Source of the DNA: Octopus sinensis
Lineage: Eukaryota
DNA length: 64,000 bases
NCBI RefSeq assembly: GCF_006345805.1
Contig: NC_042998.1
Location: 132,184,001 to 132,248,000 of the forward strand
Direction of reading: 5' to 3'
Shown: one piece after another, positions 1 through 12,203 of the stretch
Layout: every line of letters begins with the position of its first letter
Position numbering within the stretch: position 1 is the stretch's first letter
Made by a program: the position numbers and the translations under genes
Notes under the pieces: generated by a model
The model's database searches: none
What the model was told of the DNA's origin: nothing
What the model saw: the letters and a program-made list of their open reading frames with translations, nothing else

Positions 1-80
1 GTCGATATAATCGACTTAATCCGTTTGTCTGTCCTTGTTTGTCCTCTCTGTTTTTAGCCCCATGTGGGTAGTAAAGAAAT
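1..80 (+). mobile_element. 3' end of tRNA-derived SINE family C
   Basis: Matches the tails of fuller copies at 31503-31730(-) and 41948-42176(-) (gtcgatataatcgact...tttgtctgtccttgtttgtcc...gtgggtagtaaagaaat). Confidence 0.75.
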
Positions 81-403
81 ACATATATACACACACACAC
101 ATCCTTTCTGAGTGTCGTGATCTGCGAGTTAGTAGTTGCAACTGAATATATCAAATGTGTCTCGATACGCTCAGTGGCCAATTAACTCGCTACGATAGAT
201 AGAAGGGATGTGCTTGAAACCGAGAACTTGTGTTTCGCGTGAGGAAACACAACTGGATCGTATAATGCAGGAAAAAAGGTTGCATAACCAAATACCTGCA
301 AGCCCAGAGAACTACGTTGCGTGGAGACAATTGTAGTGATTTGAAATAAATGTCCAACTGTACTCCTTCTTGTTGATTCAAACTGATTCAATTATCTATG
401 TGT

Positions 404-570
404 ATACGGTTGGTTTCTTTCAGTTTCCATCAACCAAATCCACTCGGAGGGCTTTGGTTGGCCCGAGGCTATACTATGAGAACCATGCTCAAGGTGCCAG
501 GCAGTGGGACTGAACTCGGAACCACGTGGTTTGGAAGCAAGCTTCTTATCACACAGCCACGCTTGCGCCT
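404..570 (-). mobile_element. SINE family A, 5' half
   Basis: Reverse complement of the head of the full copy at 20591 (A-box tggctgtgtgg, B-box-like ggttcagtccc). Confidence 0.85.
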
Positions 571-1019
571 GTATAATGCATGTATATACGTATTACGAGA
601 AAGGGGGGGGGAGAAGAGAGGGAATTTCGTTATAGCTAAGTTGAATCACAATAAATCTAAATTCTAATTATCTTTGATTATATGAATCCAATTAAAAAGT
701 CCTCCTTCATTATTTTTAACATTGCATTTACAGCACCCACCACCTCGTACCAATAAATCCACCCGCTACCTACCCACGCTGCAGTTTATTCTGTGTAACT
801 GAAAACCAAATTAACCAGAGATTATTATTACATTCCACACACACACATGCTCGAATTTACGCTCACACGAGCATATATATACCCGTAACACATATAAGCA
901 TATATCCATAATACATGTCTACATCTATCCATACATGCTTGCATGTATACAACCAGTTACACATTTATTCTAGTAGGTATCGAGTACTTCATTTTTGTTT
1001 ATATATATATATATAAATT

Positions 1020-1305
1020 AAATAACTTAGATTATTTTCGGCAATTATCGGCCCCGGTCATGTGGAAAAGTCTTTTAGTTAATTATTTCGGGACACCATG
1101 GACCACTCAAGCAGAGAGTTGTTAGTTGACACGTATCCAGGTGTAGGTGATTCATCCGGTATTTCCTGGAGGAATTTGTCCAGATACTGTTTGAAAGTTG
1201 TGGGGTCTTTTTCTACGTTAATTTCTTTCGGGATAACATTGAAAAGGGCAGGACCATTTGCAGTCAAAAAATTGTATCGCAATGTTTCTTATATGATGTG
1301 ATCTC
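1020..1305 (-). mobile_element. CR1/L2-group LINE, ORF2 C-terminus and 3' UTR fragment
   Basis: ORF 1079-1282(-) reads GPALFNVIPKEI...FKQYLDKFLQEIPD...PGY...NSLLEW, the GP.LFN.LP...FK..LD.FL..IPD.P...GY..NSL C-terminal motif of CR1/L2-group ORF2. Confidence 0.7.
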
Positions 1306-1356
1306 GACCTTTGTAGGGGACGCATTGCACGGGATCCCAAAGAGTATATATATTAA

Positions 1357-1415
<59 letters not shown>

Positions 1416-1474
1416 CGCGGTGGTGTAATTCCCTTACAGGACTGTCACGTTAAGTTGACAGTATACAACCACTG

Positions 1475-1512
<38 letters not shown>

Positions 1513-1518
1513 AATATA

Positions 1519-1555
<37 letters not shown>

Positions 1556-1560
<5 letters not shown>

Positions 1561-1925
1561 AATTCTTTTACCTGTTTCAGTCATTTGACTGCGGCCTTGC
1601 TGGAACACCGCCATGAAGGGTGTTTTAGTCGAAGAAATTGGCCCCAGTACCTATTCTTTGTAAGCCTAGTACTTCTATTGGTTTCTTTTGCCGAACCGTT
1701 AAGTTACGGGGACGTAAACGCATGAACATCGGTTGGGAAGCGATGGTGACACACACACACACACACACACTTCTTTCAGTTCCCGCCTGCCAAATCCACT
1801 TACAATACTCTAGTCGGCCCGAGGCTATAGCAGAACACACTTGCATAAGGTGCCACGCAATGGGAATGAACCCGGAACCATGTGGTTGGGAAGCAAGCTT
1901 CTTACCACGCAGCCACTCATGAGTA
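1556..1925 (-). mobile_element. SINE family A, near full length
   Basis: Colinear with 20591-20985 including the internal (CA)n tract; CpGs retained. Confidence 0.9.
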
Positions 1926-2111
1926 TACACACACACATACACAAACAGTCATTCGTACATACCCGTGTACTGAAAGCTGCATACATACATATACTTGCAA
2001 ATACCGGCGAAAGCGTACACACCTATACCAATACGATATTACTGATATATTCACAAAGCGAAATTTACGTACGTACCGTGCGCACTCCATACACACATAG
2101 ATGATATATAA

Positions 2112-2290
2112 AAAGTTCCTCCGTCGTTGTCGACGATGGCCAAAGCCGTTTTCATGAAAGAAGACGAGGCACGGTGTGTGAATAGTCCATTGATTAGTTC
2201 ATTGCGTGCTCGGAATGTTCTGCCGCAGATCGGGCACTGGTGGTCTGCTGGGACTGAGGCAAAGGAGATGGCTCTGGACTTGCGCATTTC
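2112..2290 (-). mobile_element. RTE (BovB-like) LINE 3' end
   Basis: ORF 2051-2287(-) contains CPICGRTFRARNELI, a decayed form of the C-terminal C2H2 motif (CPxCGRTFRARIGLISH..TH) of RTE ORFs, followed by a short gccatcgtcgacaacgacggaggaac tail. Confidence 0.7.
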
Positions 2291-2309
2291 TGGTTTTTTT
2301 TTTGTGTCC

Positions 2310-2585
2310 CTGTAATCCTGGTGTGTGTTGTATTCCCGAGCAAGATACTTTATTTCACGTTGCTCCAGTTCATTCAGCTGTAGAAATGAGTTGCCACGTC
2401 ACTGGTGCCAAGCTGTATCGGCCGTTGCCTTTCTCTTGAATGACACCGGTAGCGTGGAGTGAGGAGGCTGGTATGCATGCGCGACAGCTGGTCTTCCATA
2501 AACAACCTTGCTCGGATTTCTGCCTTGGAGGGTTACTTTCTAGGTGCAACCCCATGCTCATTCATGACAGAAGGGGTTCACTCCC
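2310..2585 (+). mobile_element. SINE family E variant, 5'-truncated
   Basis: Carries the core gagcaagatactttatttcacgttgctccagttcattcagctg shared with 39391 and 15925; its tail recurs reversed at ~55370-55415. Confidence 0.7.
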
Positions 2586-2615
2586 TATATGTATATATAT
2601 ATATATATATATATA

Positions 2616-2771
2616 CTTTATTTAAAGCAGCAGAAAATTCAACAAAACCTGTTACTCTGAGTTTCCCGTTGCCGTTCATCGGACAGTTTTTGCTAGATTC
2701 TAGCAAAAACTGTCCGATGAACGGCAACGGGAAACTCAGAGTTGTTGAATTTTCTGCTGCTTTAAATAAAG
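2616..2771. repeat. 156-bp palindrome (inverted duplication) of an HHR-bearing element
   Basis: Inner arms 2654-2697 and 2699-2742 are perfect reverse complements (44 bp, 1-nt spacer). Outer arms 2616-2644 and 2743-2771 are perfect (29 bp). The left arm has 9 extra nt (2645-2653). Confidence 0.95.
2644..2690 (-). ncRNA. Minimal type-I hammerhead ribozyme motif (family 3)
   Basis: Minus strand: aaaa-CTGT CCGATGA a CG-GCAA-CG g GAAA CTC-a-GAG TA ACAG-g-tttt. Stem I CTGT/ACAG, core CCGAUGA (U4C), short GNRA-capped stem II, palindromic stem III ACTC(A)GAGT, GUA triplet. Activity untested. Confidence 0.6.
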
Positions 2772-2839
2772 CATATTACTCTACCACTGGTATTGAGTAC
2801 TCTTTTTTCACCTTGTTTCACATTTATGTGTTTATTCCA

Positions 2840-2883
<44 letters not shown>

Positions 2884-3008
2884 GCACATTGAGATACACG
2901 CTTAAGAATGGATGATGCTACAGTTTACTTCAGTCTTCGCCACTCTGAAAACCGCAGAACGGAAGTGAAAGATAGCTCTCTTTCTCTCTCTCTCTCTCTC
3001 TCTATCTT

Positions 3009-3042
<34 letters not shown>

Positions 3043-4187
3043 ATGTATATGTATGATGTAAATGAGAAAGAGATGAATGGATAGATGTAGAGAAAGTGTG
3101 AGCGAGATAGAGAGAGATTTTATGAAATAGAGAAAGGGAAAAAATGAGAGAGGGGAGGGGATTGTGATCTGTTTATGGACAGAAAGAGATGTGGGAGAGG
3201 AGTAAAGTGTATCTTAAAGCATAAAAAAGAAGAAAGATTAAAACGATTACAACCCCCCCCAAAGAAATGAGAAAATAATCTTTGTTTTTTTTTCCTATTC
3301 TGTTCTTTTCTTCTTCGAAATCCTTCTCTCACCACCCCCACCCCCACCTTTACGTTTTTCTCTCTCTGTCACTCTGCCCTCGTCGCCAGTCGTCTGCAAC
3401 GCTAGACTTGATATATATATATATATATATATATATACCTACCTACAGACTGGCAGAAGTTTAAATGGGGTTAGGAATTCAGACATGTTAAAGCATTCTC
3501 GAAGCATCAGTTGAGAAGTAGAAAGTTTAAAAGACAGAGGAGGGAAGAAGAATGAACCTGGTCCTCATCTAGTAAATTTCTTTCTATCTTTCTCTCTCCC
3601 TCTCTTTTTATTTCCCAATAGGCTTATATATATATACATGCTCTGAAAAATGGCGCTGTTCCGAAACGTTAAATCTCTTCTCATTCGGCACGATACGTAA
3701 CTTAAATTTGCAAATTATACTCACGCCCCCCCCCCCACACACACACGTACGTACGTATGTATTTAATATGTAGCGTTTAGATTACAGATGTTTGACCTGG
3801 ACATCGATGACATCGATTTTTACTTGTTCGAGGAGAACGTGTAAAAGTCGAAGTTCCGCTCCACCTCTCTCTGTCCTCTTTTTGACTCATTTGGTAATAT
3901 AGGAAACATGACGATGGCTTGACAGAAAAATATTGCTGCTTCATCTACCTTGTACGGACTGAAAATACCCCTTAATGTATACCGTATTTGAGGGCGTTAA
4001 GGACATACGCTCCCCAATTTCAGCAGCCCAGATTCAGTAAAAGAAAGAAAATGTTTTTTGTGCATTAAAGGAAGTAACAACTGACCCGACTTCGCATGTA
4101 GAACTTAGGGTAATTTTTTTGCAGAAGATTTTCTAACAATCGGCTAAGAAGCTCATTTTTATACTATCCCATCCAATTTTACTTCTA

Positions 4188-4372
4188 AGGTGGAAAGCTG
4201 GAAGAAATATTAACACGCCGGGTAAAATGCTTAGAGGCAGTTTTATCCCGTCTTTATGTTCTGAGTTATAATTCCGCCGAGGTCGACTTTGTCTCTCATC
4301 TTTTTGGAGTCGATACCATTTGAACACTGGGCTCTTCGAAATTGCTGGCTTTGTGCCAAAATTTGAATCCAA
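4188..4372 (+). mobile_element. SINE family C
   Basis: ttaacacgccgggtaaaatgcttag...gttctgagtt..aattccgccgaggtcgactttg...gtgccaaaatttgaa matches 9901-10089. A degenerate copy also lies at ~5500-5700. Confidence 0.8.
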
Positions 4373-4519
4373 TGTTACCCTCCCTTTTTTTTCTAGATAT
4401 TTGCCTCTTTATGTTATACTCTTATGGAAATTACAAAAGAAGGTGAAAAGCGTTTTGCTCACTGCTAAATAATACAATGTCCTGTTCATATTTTAATCCC
4501 GACAGTCTTTTTTTTTTTT

Positions 4520-5345
4520 TTTATTTCTTTACTTGTTTCAGTCATTAGACTGCGGCCAAGCTGGGATACGCCTTGAAGAATTTTTAATTTATTTAATCGA
4601 TCCCAGTACATTTTCTTTAAGCCTGGTTTTTTATTCTATCGATTTCTTTTGCCGAACCGTTAAGAGCGATAAAACTCAAACATCCAGTCAACATCACTAG
4701 TGATGGCGACGTTATGCCCCCATTCATCTCCCTTCATGGCCTCAGACTCAACACAGAGGCCTACATCAAGTGCCTAGAGGAGGTAGTGCTGCTCTGAGTC
4801 AATAGGGAGGCTGTTGGAAGACCCTACGTCTGGCAACAGGACTCTGCACCATGCCATACAAGCAGGAGAACCAGTCATGGCTGTCAGACAATTTGTGCGA
4901 CCACAACACTCCTAACATCTGGCCACCTAACTCCCCAGACTGCAACCCCCTTGATTATTATGTGTGGGGCACCGTTGAGCGAGAAACCAACAATACAAGG
5001 ATTATGTCAGCATTCACCAACTTAAACAAGGAGACCGTCCAGAAGAGTTGCAGGAGATTCGGAAGTCGTTTTGAGGGACTGAAGCCAATGGCGATTTTAT
5101 TGAATAAATTTACTCTTTAGTGTTTCAAGATATTTTATGTAATTTTGGTAAATATATCTGTTAAAATGAGATGTCAGTGTTATTTTCATTTTTGCGTAAT
5201 TTAGACAATTTATTCACCGCGCTCTGTATATACACGACAGGTTTCTTTCATTTTCCATCTAACTAATCCACTCACGAGGTTCTTGGTTGACCCGAGGTTA
5301 CAGTAGAAGATATGTACTTGCCAAAGGTGCCACGCGTGAGCCTCG
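4520..5345 (-). mobile_element. SINE family A split by the maT transposon insertion
   Basis: 3' part at 4520-4675 and middle part at 5229-5340 flank the transposase fragment. Confidence 0.7.
4676..5226 (+). mobile_element. Tc1/mariner DD37D (maT-type) transposon, 3' fragment with right TIR
   Basis: Reads across frameshifts as KHPV...SDGDVMPP...YIKCLEEVV...RPYVWQQDSAPCHTSRR.QSWLSDN.CDH.TPNIWPPNSPDCNPLDYYVWG. About 37 residues separate the 2nd and 3rd catalytic Asp. Ends ...ttcaccgcgctctg followed by TA. Confidence 0.85.
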
Positions 5346-6042
5346 ACTGCACCTATAAGATATACTTTTACTTATTTATCCATTCATTTTTGAAATGTGC
5401 TTAAAATATAGAATTATACCTGGTATGAAATACTTCATTTGTAAGAAGAATCTTTGTCATTCTTGAATCCTATTTTTCATATAGTCTTTTATTCCAAATG
5501 TTATCAGCCGGCGAGGATTGTCAAGAACTTGGCCGTCATCAGATAATAACTTTGTAGTAGAGTTACCTACCTTTACCTTCAAGAGTTCACTTCCTATCAA
5601 GGTCAACTTAGCCTTTCCTCATTTTAGATTTGATAATAATAAAAACAAAGAAGAAAGCAGAAAATTGCCGGGATCGATATAATCGATCGTTGCCTTTCCA
5701 CTAAATTACATAACCATGTGCTAGTTTTAGTAGTCAATAGAGTAGCGGTGAGCATATGAAAATAATTAAAACTTCCTTACACACGCGCATGTGTATGTAT
5801 ACAAATACGTTGTTACTGATTTCAACGTTGTTAGCCCTGATCGGGCAGATTCATGGTCAAAAGCATTCCAGCCGTGACCATCATGTTTTCTATTTTTTAG
5901 AGCGGAGTTTACATGTCTGTTCATTAAATATATTTGTCCCTTCCTCTACCCTTGATTATCAGCTTTTCAAAGAGAAAGGCATTTCTGGAGAACTTTACAA
6001 TGACATATATCTAGGATGGTATTGTACTATACGTTCTATATA

Positions 6043-6205
6043 TACACGACGGGCTTCTTTCAGTTTCCATCTACCAGATCCACTCAAGGTTTTAGTCGGC
6101 CCGAGGCTATAGTAGAAGAAACTTGCTCAAGGTGCCATGTAGTGGGACTGAACCCAGAACCATGTAGTTGGGAAGCAAGCTTCTTACCATACATCTACGC
6201 CTACG
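6043..6205 (-). mobile_element. SINE family A, 5' half
   Basis: Same head sequence as the 404-570 copy. Confidence 0.85.
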
Positions 6206-6624
6206 CATTAGATGTTCAATCAAGCAAAACTCGTTTGGCTGCCAAGGTTGTCGGTTACGCCGCAATTCGTCATATACAAGCTGGATCTGAGGCGAGAATT
6301 CGAAGAAACCGTTAGCCCTCTTGAAATTAATTTGCAAGAGGTTTGTGTTTCACTCTAATTAAAAGTGGCATTAATATATAAGTAGGGTAGAAAGTTAACA
6401 TTATTGCATTTCCTTTACATTAGCGAAAGACATGATGTTTACAAGTCCTCCGATTTATAAATAGAAATAAAGAGAGGCGAGTTTGTGGGGATGTTGTGAA
6501 GTTTAGCCTGACGTGATTGACAAAAAATCCTATCAAATCTCTAAATCTCTCTCTCTCTCTTGCTTGATCGTAGACAAGGCTGGAATTCAATTATTATATA
6601 GGACACACGTGTATGGACTACCAA

Positions 6625-6669
<45 letters not shown>

Positions 6670-6713
6670 CTCCCTTTCTCTCTTATACATACGGTCACAT
6701 GTGTATGTATGTA

Positions 6714-6930
6714 CGAGGAGGCGCTAAAAAGTTCTTGGCTTTGAGTGAAAGAAAATACAGGAGGATCAGTTACTTATGATTTGATTCAACATATTTCCCT
6801 CTCAGATTCACACGCTGATTGCAGCGGTCTTTCAGCTTTTCTAAACCCTGTAAAAGAACTCGCAAGGTTGGTCCTCCAGCCAGACTTTTCGCGACAACCT
6901 TAAAACCAGAAACTTTTCAGCACCCCCTCG
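6714..6930. mobile_element. mariner-like MITE (217 bp)
   Basis: TIRs cgaggaggcgctaaaaagttcttggcttt / aaaaccagaaacttttcagcaccccctcg (about 23/29 match); TA on the left, TG on the right. Confidence 0.8.
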
Positions 6931-8289
6931 TGTGTGTGTGTGTGTATGTGTGTGTGTATGTATGTATGTATGTATGTATGTATGTACGTACGTACGTATG
7001 TATGTTATGCACACACATACTCACTATGTATATAAACCCTCACCTTTTTCTGTCTGTCTTTCAGTCTCTATCTCCATCTTATTTGGTGAGGGTTTTTTCC
7101 TTAGTACTACAAGCCTTTTTACTAATCACCCTTGCTTAAAATTTACAATTCCTTCTATCATTTTCACTATGCCCATCCATGTTACACACACACAGATTTT
7201 AAGAATCAGGCTCTTTCTCACACATACATCTAAACACACGCATAAATCAGCACGTATTCTATAACTACTACAGCTACACTCGCACAAGTACCGATATACA
7301 GAGAATCTCTTGGTTCGTTCACTTAAAGGCCATACACAATCATATATACACGAATACGTTCTCGGACATACACTACCAGTAACATACACACGAACAAACA
7401 TACAGATTCGTGCACAAAGATATAGAGAGCCGACTTCACACGCACTCACGTACAGAAGACCCATTCTCTGCATTTTATCAACTCGATTCTCTTTTAGAGA
7501 AAAAAAAAAGAATACGACACACTTAATGTTTTCGTATTTTACTTAGGGATATCCTCTTCAGTTTTTGCCTACTGTAAATGTGTTGTGGCCTTTATGCCCA
7601 TTAGCTCATGGTATAACAATATTCCACGACCATTTTAGCATTTTATCAGATATTTCACGTGTAAACGACTTTTGTTCTTGCGACCGTTTCAAAAGTGTAG
7701 CGCGACCTCGTATGATCGGAACCTCTGATGCATACATACATAAATTCAATCATGCACATGTGAATACACACACACACACCACACACACACACACACACAC
7801 ATGCATGCATGCACGGACACATACATACATACATACATTTACACATGTATACGTGGATACATACATGCACACATACATACACACACACATGCAGAGAGAG
7901 AGAGATGCATTGAAATACTGCTGAAAATTTCAGACTTGTTATACTTTTTATTATATACTGGCGATGTGTGTGTGTGTGTGTGTGTTTTAATATTTCGCAA
8001 TTAATTAAGTTTTGTAAGTAATTAAATAGCTTATCACGTGTCTAGAATTACGTGTCAAATTCTGTATAATGGGGCATGGACAACCTTTTTACGAGAAAGT
8101 GGGCTGAGTAAAACATGGCTCATCAGTCGGGCCGCACTACTCAAATTTCGAAGTAATTTTTCATTAAGCTTACCACTCAAATGGTCCTGCAGGCCGTTGA
8201 TTACCTATGACTGGTATACGGAGATGTCGAGTCTTGAATATGGCTCACAGCCTAGTAAGTATTCGCAAAATAATTAATCTCATGACTTG

Positions 8290-8585
8290 GCTTATTTTAG
8301 GTCTGTTATGAGCCCCTGAAACTTATATAAGGCCGCAGCTTGACCCAGTTTCCATGTCATATAAGTGGCTGAGATTTGTATCCCTCCCCTTCCATTAAAT
8401 GAGATGCTGGTCCGTCGCAGGATCGACTTTCCAAGCTATTGCTGGAACTCATTTACAGCCGAGTCGACTGAGCCAACACGAAATGAAGTGTTTTGCTCAA
8501 CAACACAATGATCCACCCGGTTCGAGAATCGAAACCATCATCTGATAATTGTGAGTGCAATACGTTAACTATTGGCCCACACGCC
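8290..8585 (-). mobile_element. tRNA-derived SINE (family E-related), diverged
   Basis: Reverse strand shows a ggcgtgtgggcc...gtttcgattc head and the gagcaaaacacttcatttc...ctcagtcgactcggctgtaaatgag core. Confidence 0.65.
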
Positions 8586-8793
8586 TTTACAATTTCGCTA
8601 TCTACCCAGAGATTATTGGTGAGGCTTTAAAGTGTCGCGATGCAGTTTGGGAAAGCTAGCATATTCAGACACACGCACGCATACTTGTTCAAAAAGAGAC
8701 GTGCTGCTTTTCTTAAAAGATAGACGTACCTGGTCAGATAGACTCATACGCACATAGGCACACTCACAGAAAGACTTAAACACACGCTCATAT

Positions 8794-9178
8794 GATGGAA
8801 GCACTTCGTCGGTTACGACGACGAGGGTTCCGGTTGATCCGAATCAACGGAACAGCCTGCTCGTGAAATTAACGTGTAAGTGGCTGAGCACTCCACAGAC
8901 ACGTGCACCCTTAACGTAGTTCTCGGGGATATTCAGCGTGACACAGAGAGTGACAAGGCCGGCCCTTTGAAATACAGGTACAACAGAAACAAGAAGTAAG
9001 AGTGAGAGAAAGTTGTGGTGAAAGAGTACAGCAGGGATCACCACCATCCCCTGCTGGAGCCTCGTGGAGCTTTAGGTGTTTTCGCTCAATAAACACTCAC
9101 AACGCCCGGTCTGGGAATCGAAACCGCGATCCTATGATCGCGAGTCCGCTGCCCTAACCACTGGGCCATTGCGCCTCC
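8794..9178 (-). mobile_element. Full-length young tRNA-derived SINE family B with 14-bp TSD
   Basis: Head ggaggcgcaatggcccagtggttagggcagcggactcgcgatcataggatcgcggtttcgattcc has A and B boxes and a TCG (Arg-like) anticodon loop. Identical TSD acacacgctcatat at 8780-8793 and 9179-9192. tRNA-derived SINEs named OK/OR1/OR2 are known in Octopus; I cannot assign this copy to one. Confidence 0.9.
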
Positions 9179-9900
9179 ACACACGCTCATATACTTGCTT
9201 CAACCTACGAGTTCACTTGCTCGGAAAAGGCGCGCATGCACACAGACACCCATAAAAACATGTTACACTCTTTGCAAAATAAAATTTTAAAAAGGGGTCC
9301 ATCTTTGACGGCATGCTCCCGTTTAAATAACACTTAAAACGGACAACTAACTAAAGAAGTAGGTTCTTTTAGCTTTCCATCCATCCATCCATTTTTTGCG
9401 TTTCCACTTCACCATCACTCTCACTTCTTATCAGTCAGACTATGCCCTTTAGGGAGATTCTATTACCAACCAAACCTTTCTCTTTTAAACTCCCTATCGT
9501 TTTACAACGGCGAAATGGAAAAAGAAAATTGAAAAAAATAAAAACAGAAAGAGAATGAAAAAAAAATATATTTTCTTGACTTCAGTTTTTTACCACATTT
9601 TTTTTTTCAGTTTTATATTTTCATATTTTTGTGTAAAGTCTTTGAGTAATGCTTTTTTGGAATAAAGAACTTCTATCAACGTATAAGTTTATATCTCTAG
9701 TTAGTGTATACTTGTGTTTTAAGTATATAGTTCGCATGTTTCTTTCTCTCGATAGATAGATAGATTGAGAGAGACTGAGAGATAAATTTGTGCTTAATAT
9801 ACGTACACTTGTCTGTGTATGCACTTCTCATATATACATATGTGTGTGTATATATATATATGTATATATATATATATTAATGTATGTGTGTGTGTGTAAA

Positions 9901-10089
9901 GGCGGCAAGCTAGAATAAATGTTAAGCACGCCGGGTAAAATGTTTAGCGGCATTTCGTCTGTCATGTTCTGAGTTCAAATTCCGTCGAGGTCGGCTTGGC
10001 CTTTCTTCCATTCAGGGGTCGAAAAAAATCGTCGATGTAATCGACTTAACTCCTCCACGAAATTGCTGGCCTTGTGCCAAATTTGAAAC
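9901..10089 (+). mobile_element. SINE family C
   Basis: ggcggcaagctag...gcacgccggg...gttctgagttcaaattccgtcgaggtcg head and body. Confidence 0.85.
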
Positions 10090-10090
10090 T

Positions 10091-10121
<31 letters not shown>

Positions 10122-10409
10122 AAGTGCAAATATGTTAAGTATCTTTGGAGCATATACATTAGAACGTATGTATATGCCTGGATTTGTGCACGAGCTCATG
10201 CTTACGTTTGTATGTATGTATGCATGTGTATGTGTTAGAGAGAGATGGGGAAGAAAGTTTATGCCAGCCAGCATCAGTGAAGTATATTTGGTTCTTGAGT
10301 CAACGACGCATATGTTCAAAATCACTTCATCACTGCCAGATTTTGCACCGGCGCGGATGCATTTACAGAATTGCCAACTATATCTGAAATAAATAAATAA
10401 ATAAATAAA

Positions 10410-10443
<34 letters not shown>

Positions 10444-10613
10444 AATTGAGATAGGGGTTGTAAATGCAACCCTCCATGGGATAACATATATCCAATATAC
10501 TGCTAGTGAAGTACCCAACAAAGTTAATACATAAATGTTAATGATTGCGATGCAATTAATTCATTTACTGTATTATATGGGCAAAGGTAAAATGATTTAC
10601 CACAAATTACTGT

Positions 10614-10865
10614 CGCGTAGCTTCGTGGTTATGGCATTCACGTTGTGTCCTTGAGTAAAACACTTTATTTCACGTTGCTCCAGTCTACTCAGCTGGCAAA
10701 AATGAGTAACACTTGTCACACTTTATGTCACGCTAAATCTACTTGAGATCTACGTTAAGGGTTCACGCGTCTGTGGAGTGCTCAGCTACTTGCACGCTAA
10801 TTTCACTAGCAAGCCGTTCCGGTGATCGTATCAGCTGGGACCCTCGTCGTCGTAACCGACGGAAT
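10614..10865 (+). mobile_element. SINE with family E core and family B tail
   Basis: E core ccttgagtaaaacactttatttcacgttgctccagt followed by B tail gttaagggt..cgtgtctgtggagtgctcagc...cctcgtcgtcgtaaccgacgg. Confidence 0.75.
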
Positions 10866-10879
10866 GCTCCTCACACACA

Positions 10880-10939
<60 letters not shown>

Positions 10940-11299
10940 CTATATGCTTATTTTGTCCCAGAATTCTGAAGATGTAAATGATGTAAGATCTGCGCCATTG
11001 TCAACTTCTAAACATGTTTCGAAGTACTCATTGTTGAATTACAAGCCTCTAAGAGAATAACACCATGTGCTCTTTCTTATATTTATTACATCCATGTTTG
11101 GGAAATTTCCTTTCTTTAAAACATTACATTTTCCCTTTGAATCTCTGAACTTATTACTTTGCATACTACGTGCATTTTAAAGTAATTTACTTCTTCATCT
11201 ACATACATTTTTCATTCATAATTTCATTCACATACGGGCATATGTGTATGTTTGTATTTCTTTCTTTTTTTCTTTCTTTCTTTATTTATGTCTCTTATT

Positions 11300-11447
11300 T
11301 TTAATCATTTAAATTCTTCGTCTGAAGAAGGAGCTGAGAAAAGTCTTGCATATTTGTACCGTTCCGCTTATAGATTGTATTCTGTAATGTGCGAATCAGC
11401 TGGTTGATTTCTTCTGAAAATCCAAGCTTATCCAGTCTGACAGTTGT
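11300..11447 (-). mobile_element. R4/Dong-clade LINE C-terminal fragment (second copy)
   Basis: LDKLGFSEEINQLIRTLQ followed (frameshift) by GTVQICKTFLS, paralogous to the end of the adjacent element. Confidence 0.65.
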
Positions 11448-11461
11448 GTGTATGTATGTAT

Positions 11462-12040
11462 TCAGCTTTATTTCAAGATTTCCTGCCAATAGATAAAGAG
11501 CCAATTTCTAACCTAGATCCAAGCCTCCTTCATTGGAATTTCAACATCAACAGCGTATTTTTGTATGTATGTATGTTTTGTTTTATGTATGCCTTCTCAT
11601 GCATATACTTGCATCTCTAGACAAACTCATATATACTTAAATGATAAACTTGAGGAAAGTTTTACAAATGTTCACAGTTCCAGTGATGGATTGTATCAGT
11701 AGTTTTCGAATCAGCTTTCGCCATCTGGTTTTGAGAATGCAGTGTGTTTCATATCCCAGTACCCCAATAATTACACGTATAAACCTGAACTTGTAATCTG
11801 GATAGAGTAACTGCAAATTTCTCAATAGTTCAGCGTAGGTATTCTCTTTCTCGCTGATCGCTTTATGTTAACATCCGCTTGGCATCTGATTTCCACTACT
11901 GTACCCAGTTTTTTGTTCTCTATCCTAAATCATATCAGGTCTATTGTGTTTAAATTTTATTGAGGTTTTCACTGGGACATTCCACCAATACTCCTTTTTA
12001 TTATGAGTGGCTTCCACCCAACTGTGCGTTCTTATGTATG
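11462..12040 (-). mobile_element. R4/Dong-clade LINE 3' fragment with restriction-like endonuclease (RLE) domain
   Basis: WWNVPVKTSIKFKHNRPDMI...VVEI...KENTYAELLRNLQLLYPDYKFRFI.VIIG.LG...LIRKLLIQSITGTVNICKTFLKF: PD...E RLE motif and R4-type C-terminus, then a 3' UTR. Confidence 0.8.
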
Positions 12041-12133
12041 TTGGTATGCACGTAGTATGTGTATAAGCATAATATTTACGCGCGTACATACATACATACA
12101 CACACACACAACCACACACACAAGATATAACAT

Positions 12134-12200
<67 letters not shown>

Positions 12201-12203
<3 letters not shown>

